NCBI GenBank assembly: GCA_905188025.1
Contig: CAJJKI010000003.1
Span: 1,767-65,766, forward strand
Origin: an uncultured Eubacteriales bacterium
GTDB lineage: Bacteria > Bacillota_I > Bacilli_A > RF39 > UBA660
Length of the DNA: 64,000 bases
Direction: 5' to 3'
Positions within the stretch are counted from its first letter, which is position 1; every line of letters starts with the position of its first letter. This document shows, in pieces, positions 34,988-44,270 of the stretch. The notes beneath the pieces are model-generated. The model worked only from the letters and a program-made list of their open reading frames with translations, had not been told where the DNA came from and did not search any database. A program made the position numbers and the translations under genes.

Positions 34988-35404
34988 ATGGTTAATCAAA
35001 TTATTTTGGTAGGTAGATTAGTTAATGATCCAACTTTAGAACTAACTGAAAATGGAAAAAAGGTTAGTACAATTACTTTAGCAGTACCAAGGTCATACAA
35101 AAATGTTAATGGAGAATATGATACTGATTTTATTGATTGTACATTGTGGACTGGTGTAGCTGAGAGTACAAATGAATATTGTAAAACTGGAGATATTATT
35201 GGTGTTAAAGGTAGAATACAATCAAGACTAATCGAAAAAGAAGATGGTACTAAATATAAAAAGATGGAGATTATGGCGGAAAAAGTTAGTTTTTTAGCGT
35301 CAGCTAAGGATAAGAAAAATAGTACAGCAGAAATTAGTGATGAGAGTATACAAGAAGAAGCAAAGGAAGAAAAGAAAGAAAAAACTCCTAAAAAGAAGAA
35401 ATAG
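34988..35404 (+). CDS. SSB paralogue with a lysine-rich instead of acidic C-terminal tail
   Basis: 138 aa. OB fold MVNQIILVGRLVNDPTLELTENGKKVSTITLAVPRSY....DFIDCTLW. The tail ends EEAKEEKKEKTPKKKK with no D-L-P-F tip. Confidence 0.8.
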   Translation: MVNQIILVGRLVNDPTLELTENGKKVSTITLAVPRSYKNVNGEYDTDFIDCTLWTGVAESTNEYCKTGDIIGVKGRIQSRLIEKEDGTKYKKMEIMAEKVSFLASAKDKKNSTAEISDESIQEEAKEEKKEKTPKKKK

Positions 35405-35465
35405 ACTTTTGATTTTAAATTATTTGTAGTAAAATTTAATTAGTAGAAAGGATAAGGAAGTAGAA

Positions 35466-35819
35466 ATGTTTTCAGGATATAGATTAAAACAGTTGCGTAA
35501 GGAACATTACTTGAGTCAAGAAGAATTAGGACAAATATTGGGAGTTTCAAAAGTCTCTGTTTCGGGATATGAGAAGGGAATGAGAGTTCCTAGTATGGAT
35601 GTTTTAATAACAATGATAAAGCTTTTTGATGTTTCTGCTGACTATTTATTAGGGAGAGAGGTTAATGCTGTTTGTGAAGATGAAATGAATATGGCTATAA
35701 AACTTTCTTCTATTGATATTGAAATAATTGAAGAATTACATAGTAAACCAGATTTATATAATAAGATTGCAGAAAATCCTCAAAGATTTTTTGCACCATA
35801 TATTAAAAAAGATATATAA
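35466..35819 (+). CDS. XRE-family HTH transcriptional regulator (117 aa)
   Basis: LKQLRKEHYLSQEELGQILGVSKVSVSGYEKGMRVPSMDVLITMIKLFDVSADYLLGRE is a classic HTH_3 domain. Confidence 0.8.
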   Translation: MFSGYRLKQLRKEHYLSQEELGQILGVSKVSVSGYEKGMRVPSMDVLITMIKLFDVSADYLLGREVNAVCEDEMNMAIKLSSIDIEIIEELHSKPDLYNKIAENPQRFFAPYIKKDI

Positions 35820-35864
35820 TATTTTGGTTTTATGGTATAATATTTCTATGAAAGAAGGAATACC

Positions 35865-37235
35865 ATGATAGATGTTGTTGAATTATTTAGAAATGATTAT
35901 ATTGGAAAAGAAGTAGAATTAGGTGGATGGGTTAGAAATCATCGTAAACAAAAAGAGTTTGGATTTATTGATTTTAATGATGGTACTTGTTTTAAAAATT
36001 TACAAATTGTTTATGATAATTCACTAAAGAACTTTGATGAGATTCAAAAACTACATATTGGTAGTGCTATTAAAGTTAAGGGAAAGATAATTAAGTCTGA
36101 AGGTAATGGTCAAACTATCGAGATGAAACTTATTGATTATACTTTATGTGGAGATTGTCCTGAAGATTATCCTATTCAACCTAAGAGACATACAAGAGAG
36201 TTTTTAAGAGAACAAGCTTATCTTAGAACAAGAACAAATTTATTTGGAGCAGTATTTAGAGTTAGAAGTGTAGCAGCTTATGCAATTCATAAATATTTTC
36301 AAGATAGAGGATATGTTTATTTTCATGCTCCTATAATTACAGCTAGTGACTGTGAGGGTGCTGGAGAAATGTTCCAAGTTACGACATTAGATTTGGATAG
36401 AGTGGCTAAAAATGGAGAAGTCGATTATTCAAAAGATTTCTTTGGTAAAAGAGCAGCTCTTACTGTTAGTGGACAGTTACAAGCTGAGACATTTGCGATG
36501 TCTTATAAAAAAGTTTATACTTTTGGACCTACATTTAGAGCAGAAAATTCTAATACCAAGACACATGCTTCAGAGTTTTGGATGATTGAACCTGAAGTGG
36601 CCTTCTGTGATCTTGAGGGTGATATGAATATAATGGAAGAAATGCTTAAGTATGTAGTTAAATATGTTTTAGACAATTGTCCTAATGAGATGGAATTTTT
36701 TGATAAGTTTGTAGAAAAAGGATTGTTAGAAAAACTTAATAAGCTTATTAATAGTGAGTTTGTAAGAGTAGATCATGAAGAAGTTATATCAATACTTAAA
36801 AAAGCTCCAGTTAAATGGGAATTTGCTCCAGAATATGGAGAAGATATTGCAAGAGAACATGAAAAATATATCACTGAATATTTTGGTGGACCGGTATTTA
36901 TTAAGAATTGGCCAAAGGATATTAAAGCATTCTATATGAAACAAAATGATGATGGTAAGACAGTTGCTGCTGTCGATCTAGAAGTTCCAGGTGCTGGTGA
37001 ACTTATGGGTGGTAGTCAAAGAGAAGAAGATTATGATAAATTACTAAATAGAATTAGAGAATTAGGTATGAAAGAAGAAGATTTTGACTGGTACTTAAAT
37101 TTAAGAAAATTTGGTGGTTGTGTTCATTCAGGATTTGGAATGGGATTTGAAAGACTTATTATTTATTTAACAGGTGTAGATAATATTAGGGATGTAATTC
37201 CTTATCCTAGAACTCCAGGTAATTGTGATTATTAA
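35865..37235 (+). CDS. asnS: Asparagine--tRNA ligase
   Basis: 456 aa. Class II motifs: FRAENSNT.THASEFWMIEPE, GGSQRE, GFGMGFERL. C-terminal PRTPGNCDY. Confidence 0.93.
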   Translation: MIDVVELFRNDYIGKEVELGGWVRNHRKQKEFGFIDFNDGTCFKNLQIVYDNSLKNFDEIQKLHIGSAIKVKGKIIKSEGNGQTIEMKLIDYTLCGDCPEDYPIQPKRHTREFLREQAYLRTRTNLFGAVFRVRSVAAYAIHKYFQDRGYVYFHAPIITASDCEGAGEMFQVTTLDLDRVAKNGEVDYSKDFFGKRAALTVSGQLQAETFAMSYKKVYTFGPTFRAENSNTKTHASEFWMIEPEVAFCDLEGDMNIMEEMLKYVVKYVLDNCPNEMEFFDKFVEKGLLEKLNKLINSEFVRVDHEEVISILKKAPVKWEFAPEYGEDIAREHEKYITEYFGGPVFIKNWPKDIKAFYMKQNDDGKTVAAVDLEVPGAGELMGGSQREEDYDKLLNRIRELGMKEEDFDWYLNLRKFGGCVHSGFGMGFERLIIYLTGVDNIRDVIPYPRTPGNCDY

Positions 37236-37241
37236 TAATTA

Positions 37242-37270
37242 ATGACAAAGTTAACTTTGTCATTTTTTTT
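37242..37270 (+). terminator. Intrinsic terminator after asnS
   Basis: ATGACAAAG-ttaa-CTTTGTCAT (perfect 9 bp) followed by T8. Confidence 0.7.
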
Positions 37271-37333
37271 GAAAAAATTACCAATTATTATTTTATTTTT
37301 ATAGGACATATTAGTAATAAAAGGAGGGATGAA

Positions 37334-37918
37334 ATGAAAAAATTTTTAATCTTATCTTTAGTGGGAGTATTTATGCTTACAGGTTGTGGAGCAGGTGCTA
37401 GTAAGACTATGAGTTGTACTTATAAAAATACTACTGGAAATATTACTACTAATATGAAATATGATATTGATTATGAAGATAAGGAAGTTAAAAAAGTTAG
37501 AATTACTTATGATTATATGCAAGATACAAGAGTAGACTCTGATAATGATGGAAAGAAAGATACTCCTGGAGTAGGTACCGGTACTGATGGTACTACTAAT
37601 GATACTCAACAAAATAAAGATGGTATTGTTGATGGTGTAGTAGGAAATGCTATCGATCAAATTGTTGGAGGAGTAACAGATACTATTTTAGATATAGCAG
37701 GGTTAAAAGATAGACACGCTACTGTTCAAAATAGATATGGAAATATTCAGGGATTTTCAGTACAAAATACTACTGAGACTAACAATAATTATAAAGTTAC
37801 TTATGTAATTGACTATGATACTATTAGTGATACTGATTTAAAAACTTTAAATCTATCTAGAGATATTAATACATTAGAAGATTATTATACTTCTCAAGGT
37901 TATACTTGTAGTAAGTAA
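37334..37918 (+). CDS. Lipoprotein with Asp/Thr/Gly-rich central region
   Basis: Signal peptide with lipobox MKKFLILSLVGVFMLTGCGAG. 194 aa. The antisense ORF 37358..37660 is spurious. Confidence 0.6.
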   Translation: MKKFLILSLVGVFMLTGCGAGASKTMSCTYKNTTGNITTNMKYDIDYEDKEVKKVRITYDYMQDTRVDSDNDGKKDTPGVGTGTDGTTNDTQQNKDGIVDGVVGNAIDQIVGGVTDTILDIAGLKDRHATVQNRYGNIQGFSVQNTTETNNNYKVTYVIDYDTISDTDLKTLNLSRDINTLEDYYTSQGYTCSK

Positions 37919-37992
37919 TAATCTTTTTTCTTTATGTTGTTGAATAATTACTCTATTTGTTATATAATGAATAGTGAATAGAGGTGTATTAA

Positions 37993-40900
37993 ATGAATAA
38001 ATTTAAAACAATGGATGCTAATGAAGCAGTTAGTAATGTAGCATACAAGTTTAGTGAACTTTGTGGAATATATCCAATTACGCCAGCTTCTCCAATGGCG
38101 GAAAAAGTGGATGTCTTAGCAAATACTGGAGAAACTAATTTTTGGGGAAATAAAGTTAAAGTAGTAGAGATGCAATCTGAGGCTGGAGCTGCTGCACTAG
38201 TTCATGGATCATTACAGTCAGGTATATTATCTTCAACATTTACAGCTAGTCAAGGATTACTTTTGATGATACCAACACTTTATAAAATGGCTGGTGAAAT
38301 GCTTCCAGGAGTATTACATGTAGCTGCTAGAAGTTTAGCTACTCATGCTCTTAGTATTTTTGGTGATCATCAAGATATATATGCAATTAGATCTACAGGA
38401 GTATGTATGTTATGTTCAGCTAATCCGCAAGAAGCTTATAATATGGCTAGTGTAGCTCATTTATCTGCTATTAAAGCATCACTTCCTTTTGTTAACTTTT
38501 TTGATGGATTTAGAACAAGCCATGAAATTGATAAGATTAAGTTAATGGATATGGATAAAATTAAAGGATTAATTGATAAAGAAGCATTAAATAATTTTAA
38601 AGATAGAGCTATGAATAATGAGAAATTTAATACTAGAGGAACAGCTCAAAATGATGATATTTATTTTCAAAATGTAGAAGTTAGGAATAAATATTATAAT
38701 GATGCTGTTGATATAGTAGTAGATTATATGAATAAGGTTAATGAAATAACTGGCTCTAATTTTAAACCATTTAATTATTATGGTGATAGTGATGCGCAAA
38801 ATATTATTATTGCTATGGGTAGTGTTAGTGATACAATTAGAGAAACTGTTGATTATTTGAATAGTAAGGGTGCTAAATATGGAATGGTTGAAGTACATTT
38901 ATATCGTCCATTTAGTACTAAGCATTTACTTGAAGTTGTTCCTAAGAGTGTTAAGAAGGTAGCAGTATTAGATAGAACTAAAGAAGCAGCTGGTTTAGGA
39001 GAACCTTTGTATTTGGATGTAGTGGCAGCTTTAAAAGATAGAGATATTCAAATAATTGGAGGAAGATATGGGTTATCTTCAAAGGATACTACTCCAGCAC
39101 AAATTAAAGCTGTATTTGATTTTATGAATAGTGATAAGATGCATCATAATTTTACTATAGGTATTAATGATGATATTACTAATTTATCTTTAGATATTCC
39201 TGAGGATTTTGTTATTCCTAATGAGATGACTGAATTCTTAATATATGGATATGGATCTGATGGAATGGTTTCTACTTCTAAAGATATGATTAAGATTATT
39301 GGAGATCATACTGATAAATATGTACAAGGATATTTTCAATATGATTCTAAGAAATCTGGAGGAGTTACTAGAAGTCATATGAGAATTTCTGATAATGAAA
39401 TTAAGTGTCCTTATTATGTTAATAATCCTTCATTAGTAGTAGTATCAAAAGAAGAATATATTTATAAATATGATATATTAGATAATTTAACTATAGGTGG
39501 AACTTTATTCTTGAATACTAAGTTAGATAAAGAGACATTAGTTAAATCATTACCAAATAAAGTTAAATATTTATTAGCTAATAAAAATATTAAGTTTTAT
39601 ATTATTGATGCTTATAAATTAGTTAATGAATTAGGACTTAAAAATAAGATTAGTACTTGTATGGAGATATGTATTTTTGATATTATTAAGATATTGGATG
39701 TTAATAAGGTTAAAGATATTATGAAAGAGACTAATGTTAAGAGATTTTCTCATAAGGGAGAAAGTGTTGTTAATGTTAATAATAGAATTGTTGAAGAAGC
39801 AACTGATCATGTAGAAGAAGTTAATGTTGATAAGGAATGGATAAATCTTACTTATAGTGAGAGAAAGGATTTATCATTTGATGAGACTATTGGACTACTT
39901 AAAGGAAATAGTTTACCAGTTAGTGCTTTTATGGAAAGAAAGTCAGGTATATATCCTGGAGGAAGTACTAAGTATGAGAAACGTGATATAGCCGAGAATG
40001 TTCCTTGTTGGAATAATGAGAATTGTATTCAATGTAATCAATGTGCTTTTGTATGTCCTCATGCTGTTATTAGGCCTTATTTACTTGATGAGGATGATAA
40101 TTATGAAGATGCTATTCCTAGTATGTTTCCTAAGAACAAGAAATATGCTATTGGAGTAAGTTATAAAGATTGTACTGGTTGTGGACTTTGCGCTAATATT
40201 TGTCCTGGTAAAATGGGAAATAAAGCTCTTGAAATGAAGAAATATGATAAAGAAGTGTTTACTAATGATAATTATGAATATTTAAATGAAAATAAAGTTT
40301 CTTATGAAGCACCTGTTGTTAATGTTAAAAATATTGGATTTACTGATCCTAAATTTGAATATTCAGGAGCTTGTGCTGGTTGTGGTGAAACAGCTTATAT
40401 TAAGAATTTGACTCAAGTATTTAATGATAATTTATTTATTGCTAATGCTACTGGTTGTTCTTCAATATATGGCGCTAGTGCACCATCTACTCCTTATTCT
40501 GTACCTTGGGCGAATAGTTTATTTGAAGATAATGCTGAATTTGGACTAGGAATTAAAACTGGTATTAATATTAAGAGAGATAAGATTAAGAAATATATGG
40601 AAGAACATGATGATCCAGTATTTAAAAAATGGTTAGATAATATGGATGACTATAAGATATGCAAGGAAGTACGTGATGAAATTAATTATGATGAACATAC
40701 ATATTTGAATGAGCTTAAAGATTATATTGTTCCTAAATCTATGTGGATTATAGGAGGAGATGGATTTGCTTATGATATAGGATATGGTGGACTTGATCAT
40801 GTACTGTCTACTAATGAAGATATAAATATATTGATTTTAGATACAGAAGTATATTCTAATACTGGAGGACAATCTTCTAAATCTAGTAATATTGGATCTA

Positions 40901-41361
40901 TAGCATCATTTACTTCTAGTGGAAAGAAAAATTATAAGAAAGATTTAGCAAGAATAGCTATGTGTTATCCTCATGTATATGTTGCTTGTGTTAATATTGG
41001 ATATAATAAAGAACAATATTTGAAAGCATTACAGGAAGCTAATAATCATAAGGGACCTTCAATTGTTATTGCATATGCTCCTTGTATTGAGCATGGTATT
41101 AAGACAGGAATGGAACATAGTTTGGATGATGCTTATTTAGCTTCTAAGTGTGGATATTTCTTAACATTTAGATATAATCCTGATACTAAGACATTTAGTC
41201 TTGATTCTAAAGATATTGATATGGAAGTATATGATCAGTTCTTAGCTAATGAAAATAGATATGCTAATTTGAAGAAAGTTAATCCTGATGGAGCTAATGA
41301 ATTATTAGAAGAGCAAAAAGAATGGGCTAAGGCTAGATATGAATATTATAGTAAACTATAA
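37993..41361 (+). CDS. nifJ: Pyruvate:ferredoxin (flavodoxin) oxidoreductase
   Basis: 1122 aa single-chain PFOR. Two ferredoxin motifs (CIQCNQCAFVCPH, CTGCGLCANICPG) and a TPP region GGDGFAYDIGYGGLDH. Confidence 0.95.
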   Translation: MNKFKTMDANEAVSNVAYKFSELCGIYPITPASPMAEKVDVLANTGETNFWGNKVKVVEMQSEAGAAALVHGSLQSGILSSTFTASQGLLLMIPTLYKMAGEMLPGVLHVAARSLATHALSIFGDHQDIYAIRSTGVCMLCSANPQEAYNMASVAHLSAIKASLPFVNFFDGFRTSHEIDKIKLMDMDKIKGLIDKEALNNFKDRAMNNEKFNTRGTAQNDDIYFQNVEVRNKYYNDAVDIVVDYMNKVNEITGSNFKPFNYYGDSDAQNIIIAMGSVSDTIRETVDYLNSKGAKYGMVEVHLYRPFSTKHLLEVVPKSVKKVAVLDRTKEAAGLGEPLYLDVVAALKDRDIQIIGGRYGLSSKDTTPAQIKAVFDFMNSDKMHHNFTIGINDDITNLSLDIPEDFVIPNEMTEFLIYGYGSDGMVSTSKDMIKIIGDHTDKYVQGYFQYDSKKSGGVTRSHMRISDNEIKCPYYVNNPSLVVVSKEEYIYKYDILDNLTIGGTLFLNTKLDKETLVKSLPNKVKYLLANKNIKFYIIDAYKLVNELGLKNKISTCMEICIFDIIKILDVNKVKDIMKETNVKRFSHKGESVVNVNNRIVEEATDHVEEVNVDKEWINLTYSERKDLSFDETIGLLKGNSLPVSAFMERKSGIYPGGSTKYEKRDIAENVPCWNNENCIQCNQCAFVCPHAVIRPYLLDEDDNYEDAIPSMFPKNKKYAIGVSYKDCTGCGLCANICPGKMGNKALEMKKYDKEVFTNDNYEYLNENKVSYEAPVVNVKNIGFTDPKFEYSGACAGCGETAYIKNLTQVFNDNLFIANATGCSSIYGASAPSTPYSVPWANSLFEDNAEFGLGIKTGINIKRDKIKKYMEEHDDPVFKKWLDNMDDYKICKEVRDEINYDEHTYLNELKDYIVPKSMWIIGGDGFAYDIGYGGLDHVLSTNEDINILILDTEVYSNTGGQSSKSSNIGSIASFTSSGKKNYKKDLARIAMCYPHVYVACVNIGYNKEQYLKALQEANNHKGPSIVIAYAPCIEHGIKTGMEHSLDDAYLASKCGYFLTFRYNPDTKTFSLDSKDIDMEVYDQFLANENRYANLKKVNPDGANELLEEQKEWAKARYEYYSKL

Positions 41362-41370
41362 ATAAAAAAT

Positions 41371-41424
41371 AAAACATCTCATGATGACTTATGTTAGTTA
41401 TAAGAGCATCTTAGAGATGTTTTT
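41371..41424. terminator. Long hairpin between the convergent nifJ and DUF1653 genes
   Basis: AAAACATCTC ... GAGATGTTTT (10-bp outer stem, large loop) with flanking A/T runs. Confidence 0.4.
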
Positions 41425-41674
41425 AATTGTCTTCTTCTACTTCTTCAAAACGATATTTTTGAGTTATATCAGGGTATTTTTGATGATCTACTTCACTAGC
41501 AAACATGTCATATGGGCGAGCCCATTTTAAATGATCACCATATAAAGCTTCGTATACTACTATTTTGCGATATTCTGAATCACTTGGAGATTCACTATCA
41601 TATACAATGTCTAGTACACGGTATAGCTTTCCTTTAAAATGACGGTAGCATTTACCAATTTTTATCTCTCTCAT
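41423..41674 (-). CDS. DUF1653 domain protein
   Basis: 83 aa. YRHFKGKLYRVL....VVYEALYGD..WARPYDMF signature. Confidence 0.8.
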   Translation of the reverse strand: MREIKIGKCYRHFKGKLYRVLDIVYDSESPSDSEYRKIVVYEALYGDHLKWARPYDMFASEVDHQKYPDITQKYRFEEVEEDN

Positions 41675-41772
41675 TGTTACCTCCTAAAAATATTATAACA
41701 TTTTTGAATTTATTTGTATATTTTTTGAATATATGTGAATAATAATAATGTCATATGATAGATATGACTTAT

Positions 41773-41807
41773 GAGCTAGGTATATATTATTATACTGGCT
41801 CTTTTTT
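41773..41807 (+). terminator. Orphan plus-strand intrinsic terminator in the 510-nt spacer upstream of mrnC
   Basis: GAGCTAG(G)TATA-tattat-TATACTGGCTC (11 bp, one bulge, one GU) followed by TTTTTT. No annotated plus-strand gene ends here. Confidence 0.45.
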
Positions 41808-42185
41808 ATGTATAAATTATGAGAAGATAGATTTTAATATATAAATTATTACTTTTAGCATATAAATTGTTAAAAATGTATTTACAAACGTATGTTCATA
41901 TAATATATTGTTAGAGGTAATATAAATAAATATTAAATTGTAATTAGAACAAAATAGATGATGAATTAATTTTTTTATTCAAAGAGTAAGGATGGTGTTA
42001 CTATTAGAAGTTATATAGAGAAAAGTGGCGGAAATTTCTAAGTAAAAAAAATTCATTATTTTGAAGTAGTTAGGAAAAATTTTTTTCTTTTGTTTTAATT
42101 TAAAATTGTTTTACAAAGATTATTATGTAAACTAGGATACATATAGTTAATTAGTTTGTAAAATTAAGAATTATATGATAAAATT

Positions 42186-42593
42186 GTGTTGGTGAAAGAA
42201 ATGGACACAAGAAACATTAATGTCATTACTTTAGCATATTTAGGGGATGCAATATATGAAGTATATATTAGAAAATATCTAATTGAAAAAGGAATTGCTT
42301 TAGTAGAAGATTTACAAAAAGAAGCTGTTAAATATGTATCTGCTAAAGGACAAAGCAAAATATTAAAAAAATTAGAGGAAGATAACTTTTTAAGTGAAGA
42401 AGAGATGAATGTTGTAAAGAGAGGAAGAAATTATAAGAGAGGAAATCATCCAAGGAATACAGATATAATTACTTATAAGAATTCTACTGGATTTGAAGCA
42501 TTGATTGGATACCTTTATTTAGAAGAAAAACGAGAACGATTAGAAGAAATTATTGATAAGATTTTGGAGGATGAAAATGAAAAAGATAATTAG
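42186..42593 (+). CDS. mrnC: Mini-ribonuclease 3
   Basis: 135 aa. LAYLGDAIYEVYIRKYL...A.KYVSAKGQ signature. GTG start. Confidence 0.85.
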   Translation: MLVKEMDTRNINVITLAYLGDAIYEVYIRKYLIEKGIALVEDLQKEAVKYVSAKGQSKILKKLEEDNFLSEEEMNVVKRGRNYKRGNHPRNTDIITYKNSTGFEALIGYLYLEEKRERLEEIIDKILEDENEKDN

Positions 42594-42930
42594 TTTATTG
42601 ATTATATGTTTATTAATTACTGGGTGTGGAGTTAAATATCAGACAATTGATTCTAATAAAGCGATGGATATTATTAATAGTGAAGGAGCTATAATTATCG
42701 ATGTTAGAGAAAAAGATGAATATGATGGGGGACATATTGCTAATGCTGTAAATATACCACTTAGTGAAATTAATGGAATTAATTATGATAAAGAGACAAA
42801 TATTATTGTATATTGTGCTACTGGTATTAGAAGTAGTGAGGCAGCTAAAGAGCTAAAAGATATGGGATACTCTAAGATATATAATCTTGATGGGGGATTA
42901 TTAAACTGGGGTTTTGAATTGGAGGAATAA
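42577..42930 (+). CDS. Rhodanese-domain lipoprotein
   Basis: MKKIISLLIICLLITGCG lipobox. Active-site loop YCATGIRS. The ATG at 42577 follows GGAGGA; the track frame opens at 42553. Confidence 0.8.
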   Translation: MKKIISLLIICLLITGCGVKYQTIDSNKAMDIINSEGAIIIDVREKDEYDGGHIANAVNIPLSEINGINYDKETNIIVYCATGIRSSEAAKELKDMGYSKIYNLDGGLLNWGFELEE

Positions 42931-42931
42931 A

Positions 42932-43636
42932 ATGTATATATATGGAAAGAATGTAGCTAGAGAGAAAATTAATAGTGGAGAGAAGATTAATAAAATCTTT
43001 TTAGCAGATAAATTTAATGATAGAGAATTAATGAGTTTAATTAGAGAGAAGAAGATTAAGTATAATATTGTTCCTAATAAATATCTAGATAGTAAGGTAG
43101 ATGGACTTCATCAAGGGATAATATTAGAAGTAGATGACGTAGAGACATATGATCTTAATTATTTAAATAAGATCAAGAAAAATAAGCCAATATTGGTAAT
43201 GTTAGATCATTTGGAAGATCCACATAATTTTGGAGCAATCATTAGAACTTGTGAAGCTCTTGGTATTGATGGGATAATTATTCCTAATGATAGAAATGTA
43301 GGGGTTAACGCTACTGTAGTTAAGACTAGTGCTGGAGCAATATATAATATGCCTATTATTAGAGTGGCTAATTTAGGAGCTACTATGAGAAAACTTAAAG
43401 ACATGGGATATTGGCTAGTTGGTACAGATATGGATGGAGAAAATTATACACAAATAGATTATAATATGCCAGTATGTTTAGTGATAGGTAATGAAGGCAA
43501 AGGAATGGGAAAAGTTATTAGAGATAATTGTGACTATATTGCTAAAATTCCTATGATAGGAAAAATTAATAGTTTGAATGCTTCAGTATCTTGTGGAATA
43601 GTATTAGCACAAATTGTTAATAGTAGGAGTTTATAA
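42932..43636 (+). CDS. rlmB: 23S rRNA 2'-O-ribose methyltransferase, RlmB/TrmH group 3
   Basis: SpoU motifs LDHLEDPHNFGAIIRT, VIGNEGKGM and SLNASV. The ATG at 42932 follows GGAGGA. Confidence 0.85.
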   Translation: MYIYGKNVAREKINSGEKINKIFLADKFNDRELMSLIREKKIKYNIVPNKYLDSKVDGLHQGIILEVDDVETYDLNYLNKIKKNKPILVMLDHLEDPHNFGAIIRTCEALGIDGIIIPNDRNVGVNATVVKTSAGAIYNMPIIRVANLGATMRKLKDMGYWLVGTDMDGENYTQIDYNMPVCLVIGNEGKGMGKVIRDNCDYIAKIPMIGKINSLNASVSCGIVLAQIVNSRSL

Positions 43637-44217
43637 TGGAAAATAATGATTATGAATTAATAGCTTTAGCACAAGAAAATAATGAAGATGCTATTAATAT
43701 TATTTATCAAAAATATAAGCCATTAATTGTTAAGAAAAGTAAAACTGCTTTTTTACAAGCTACTCATCATGGAATAGAGATTAATGATATAATACAAGAG
43801 GGATATATTGGATTAGATGAAGCAATAAGAAACTTTTCACAAGATGATACAGCGTCATTTTATACTTTTGCTAGTTTATGTATAGAGAGAAAGATTAATA
43901 ACTATGTGAGAAGAGTTACTCAAAATAAAAATAGATTACTTAATGAAGCAGTAGCTTTAGATGAAGGATTAGAAAATATAGTTAGTGATAATACTAATAT
44001 TGAGAAAGCTTTTATTTCTCGTGATAATGAAAAAGATTTTGTTAAAAAAATAAAAGAACAGTTAACTAGTTTTGAAGAAGAAGTATTTGAAATGAGAATT
44101 AATGATTATACTTTTGAAGAAATTGCTAATACTTTAAATAAAGATATTAAATCAATATATAATACTTTTCAAAGGATTAGACAAAAGATTAAAAAAATTA
44201 TGGAAATTGATGACTAA
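43636..44217 (+). CDS. sigH: Sigma-H-like sigma-70 family factor
   Basis: 193 aa. DIIQEGYIGLDEAIRNF.....SFYTFASLCIERKI aligns with B. subtilis SigH (DIVQEGMIGLYKSIRDF....SFKAFAELCITRQI). Region 4 HTH at the C-terminus. Sits in the conserved mrnC-rlmB-sigH position. Confidence 0.8.
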   Translation: MENNDYELIALAQENNEDAINIIYQKYKPLIVKKSKTAFLQATHHGIEINDIIQEGYIGLDEAIRNFSQDDTASFYTFASLCIERKINNYVRRVTQNKNRLLNEAVALDEGLENIVSDNTNIEKAFISRDNEKDFVKKIKEQLTSFEEEVFEMRINDYTFEEIANTLNKDIKSIYNTFQRIRQKIKKIMEIDD

Positions 44218-44270
44218 GTTAGTTGTCTTTTTTTAAAAAATAGATATAATAGATATTTAGGAGTGATTTT

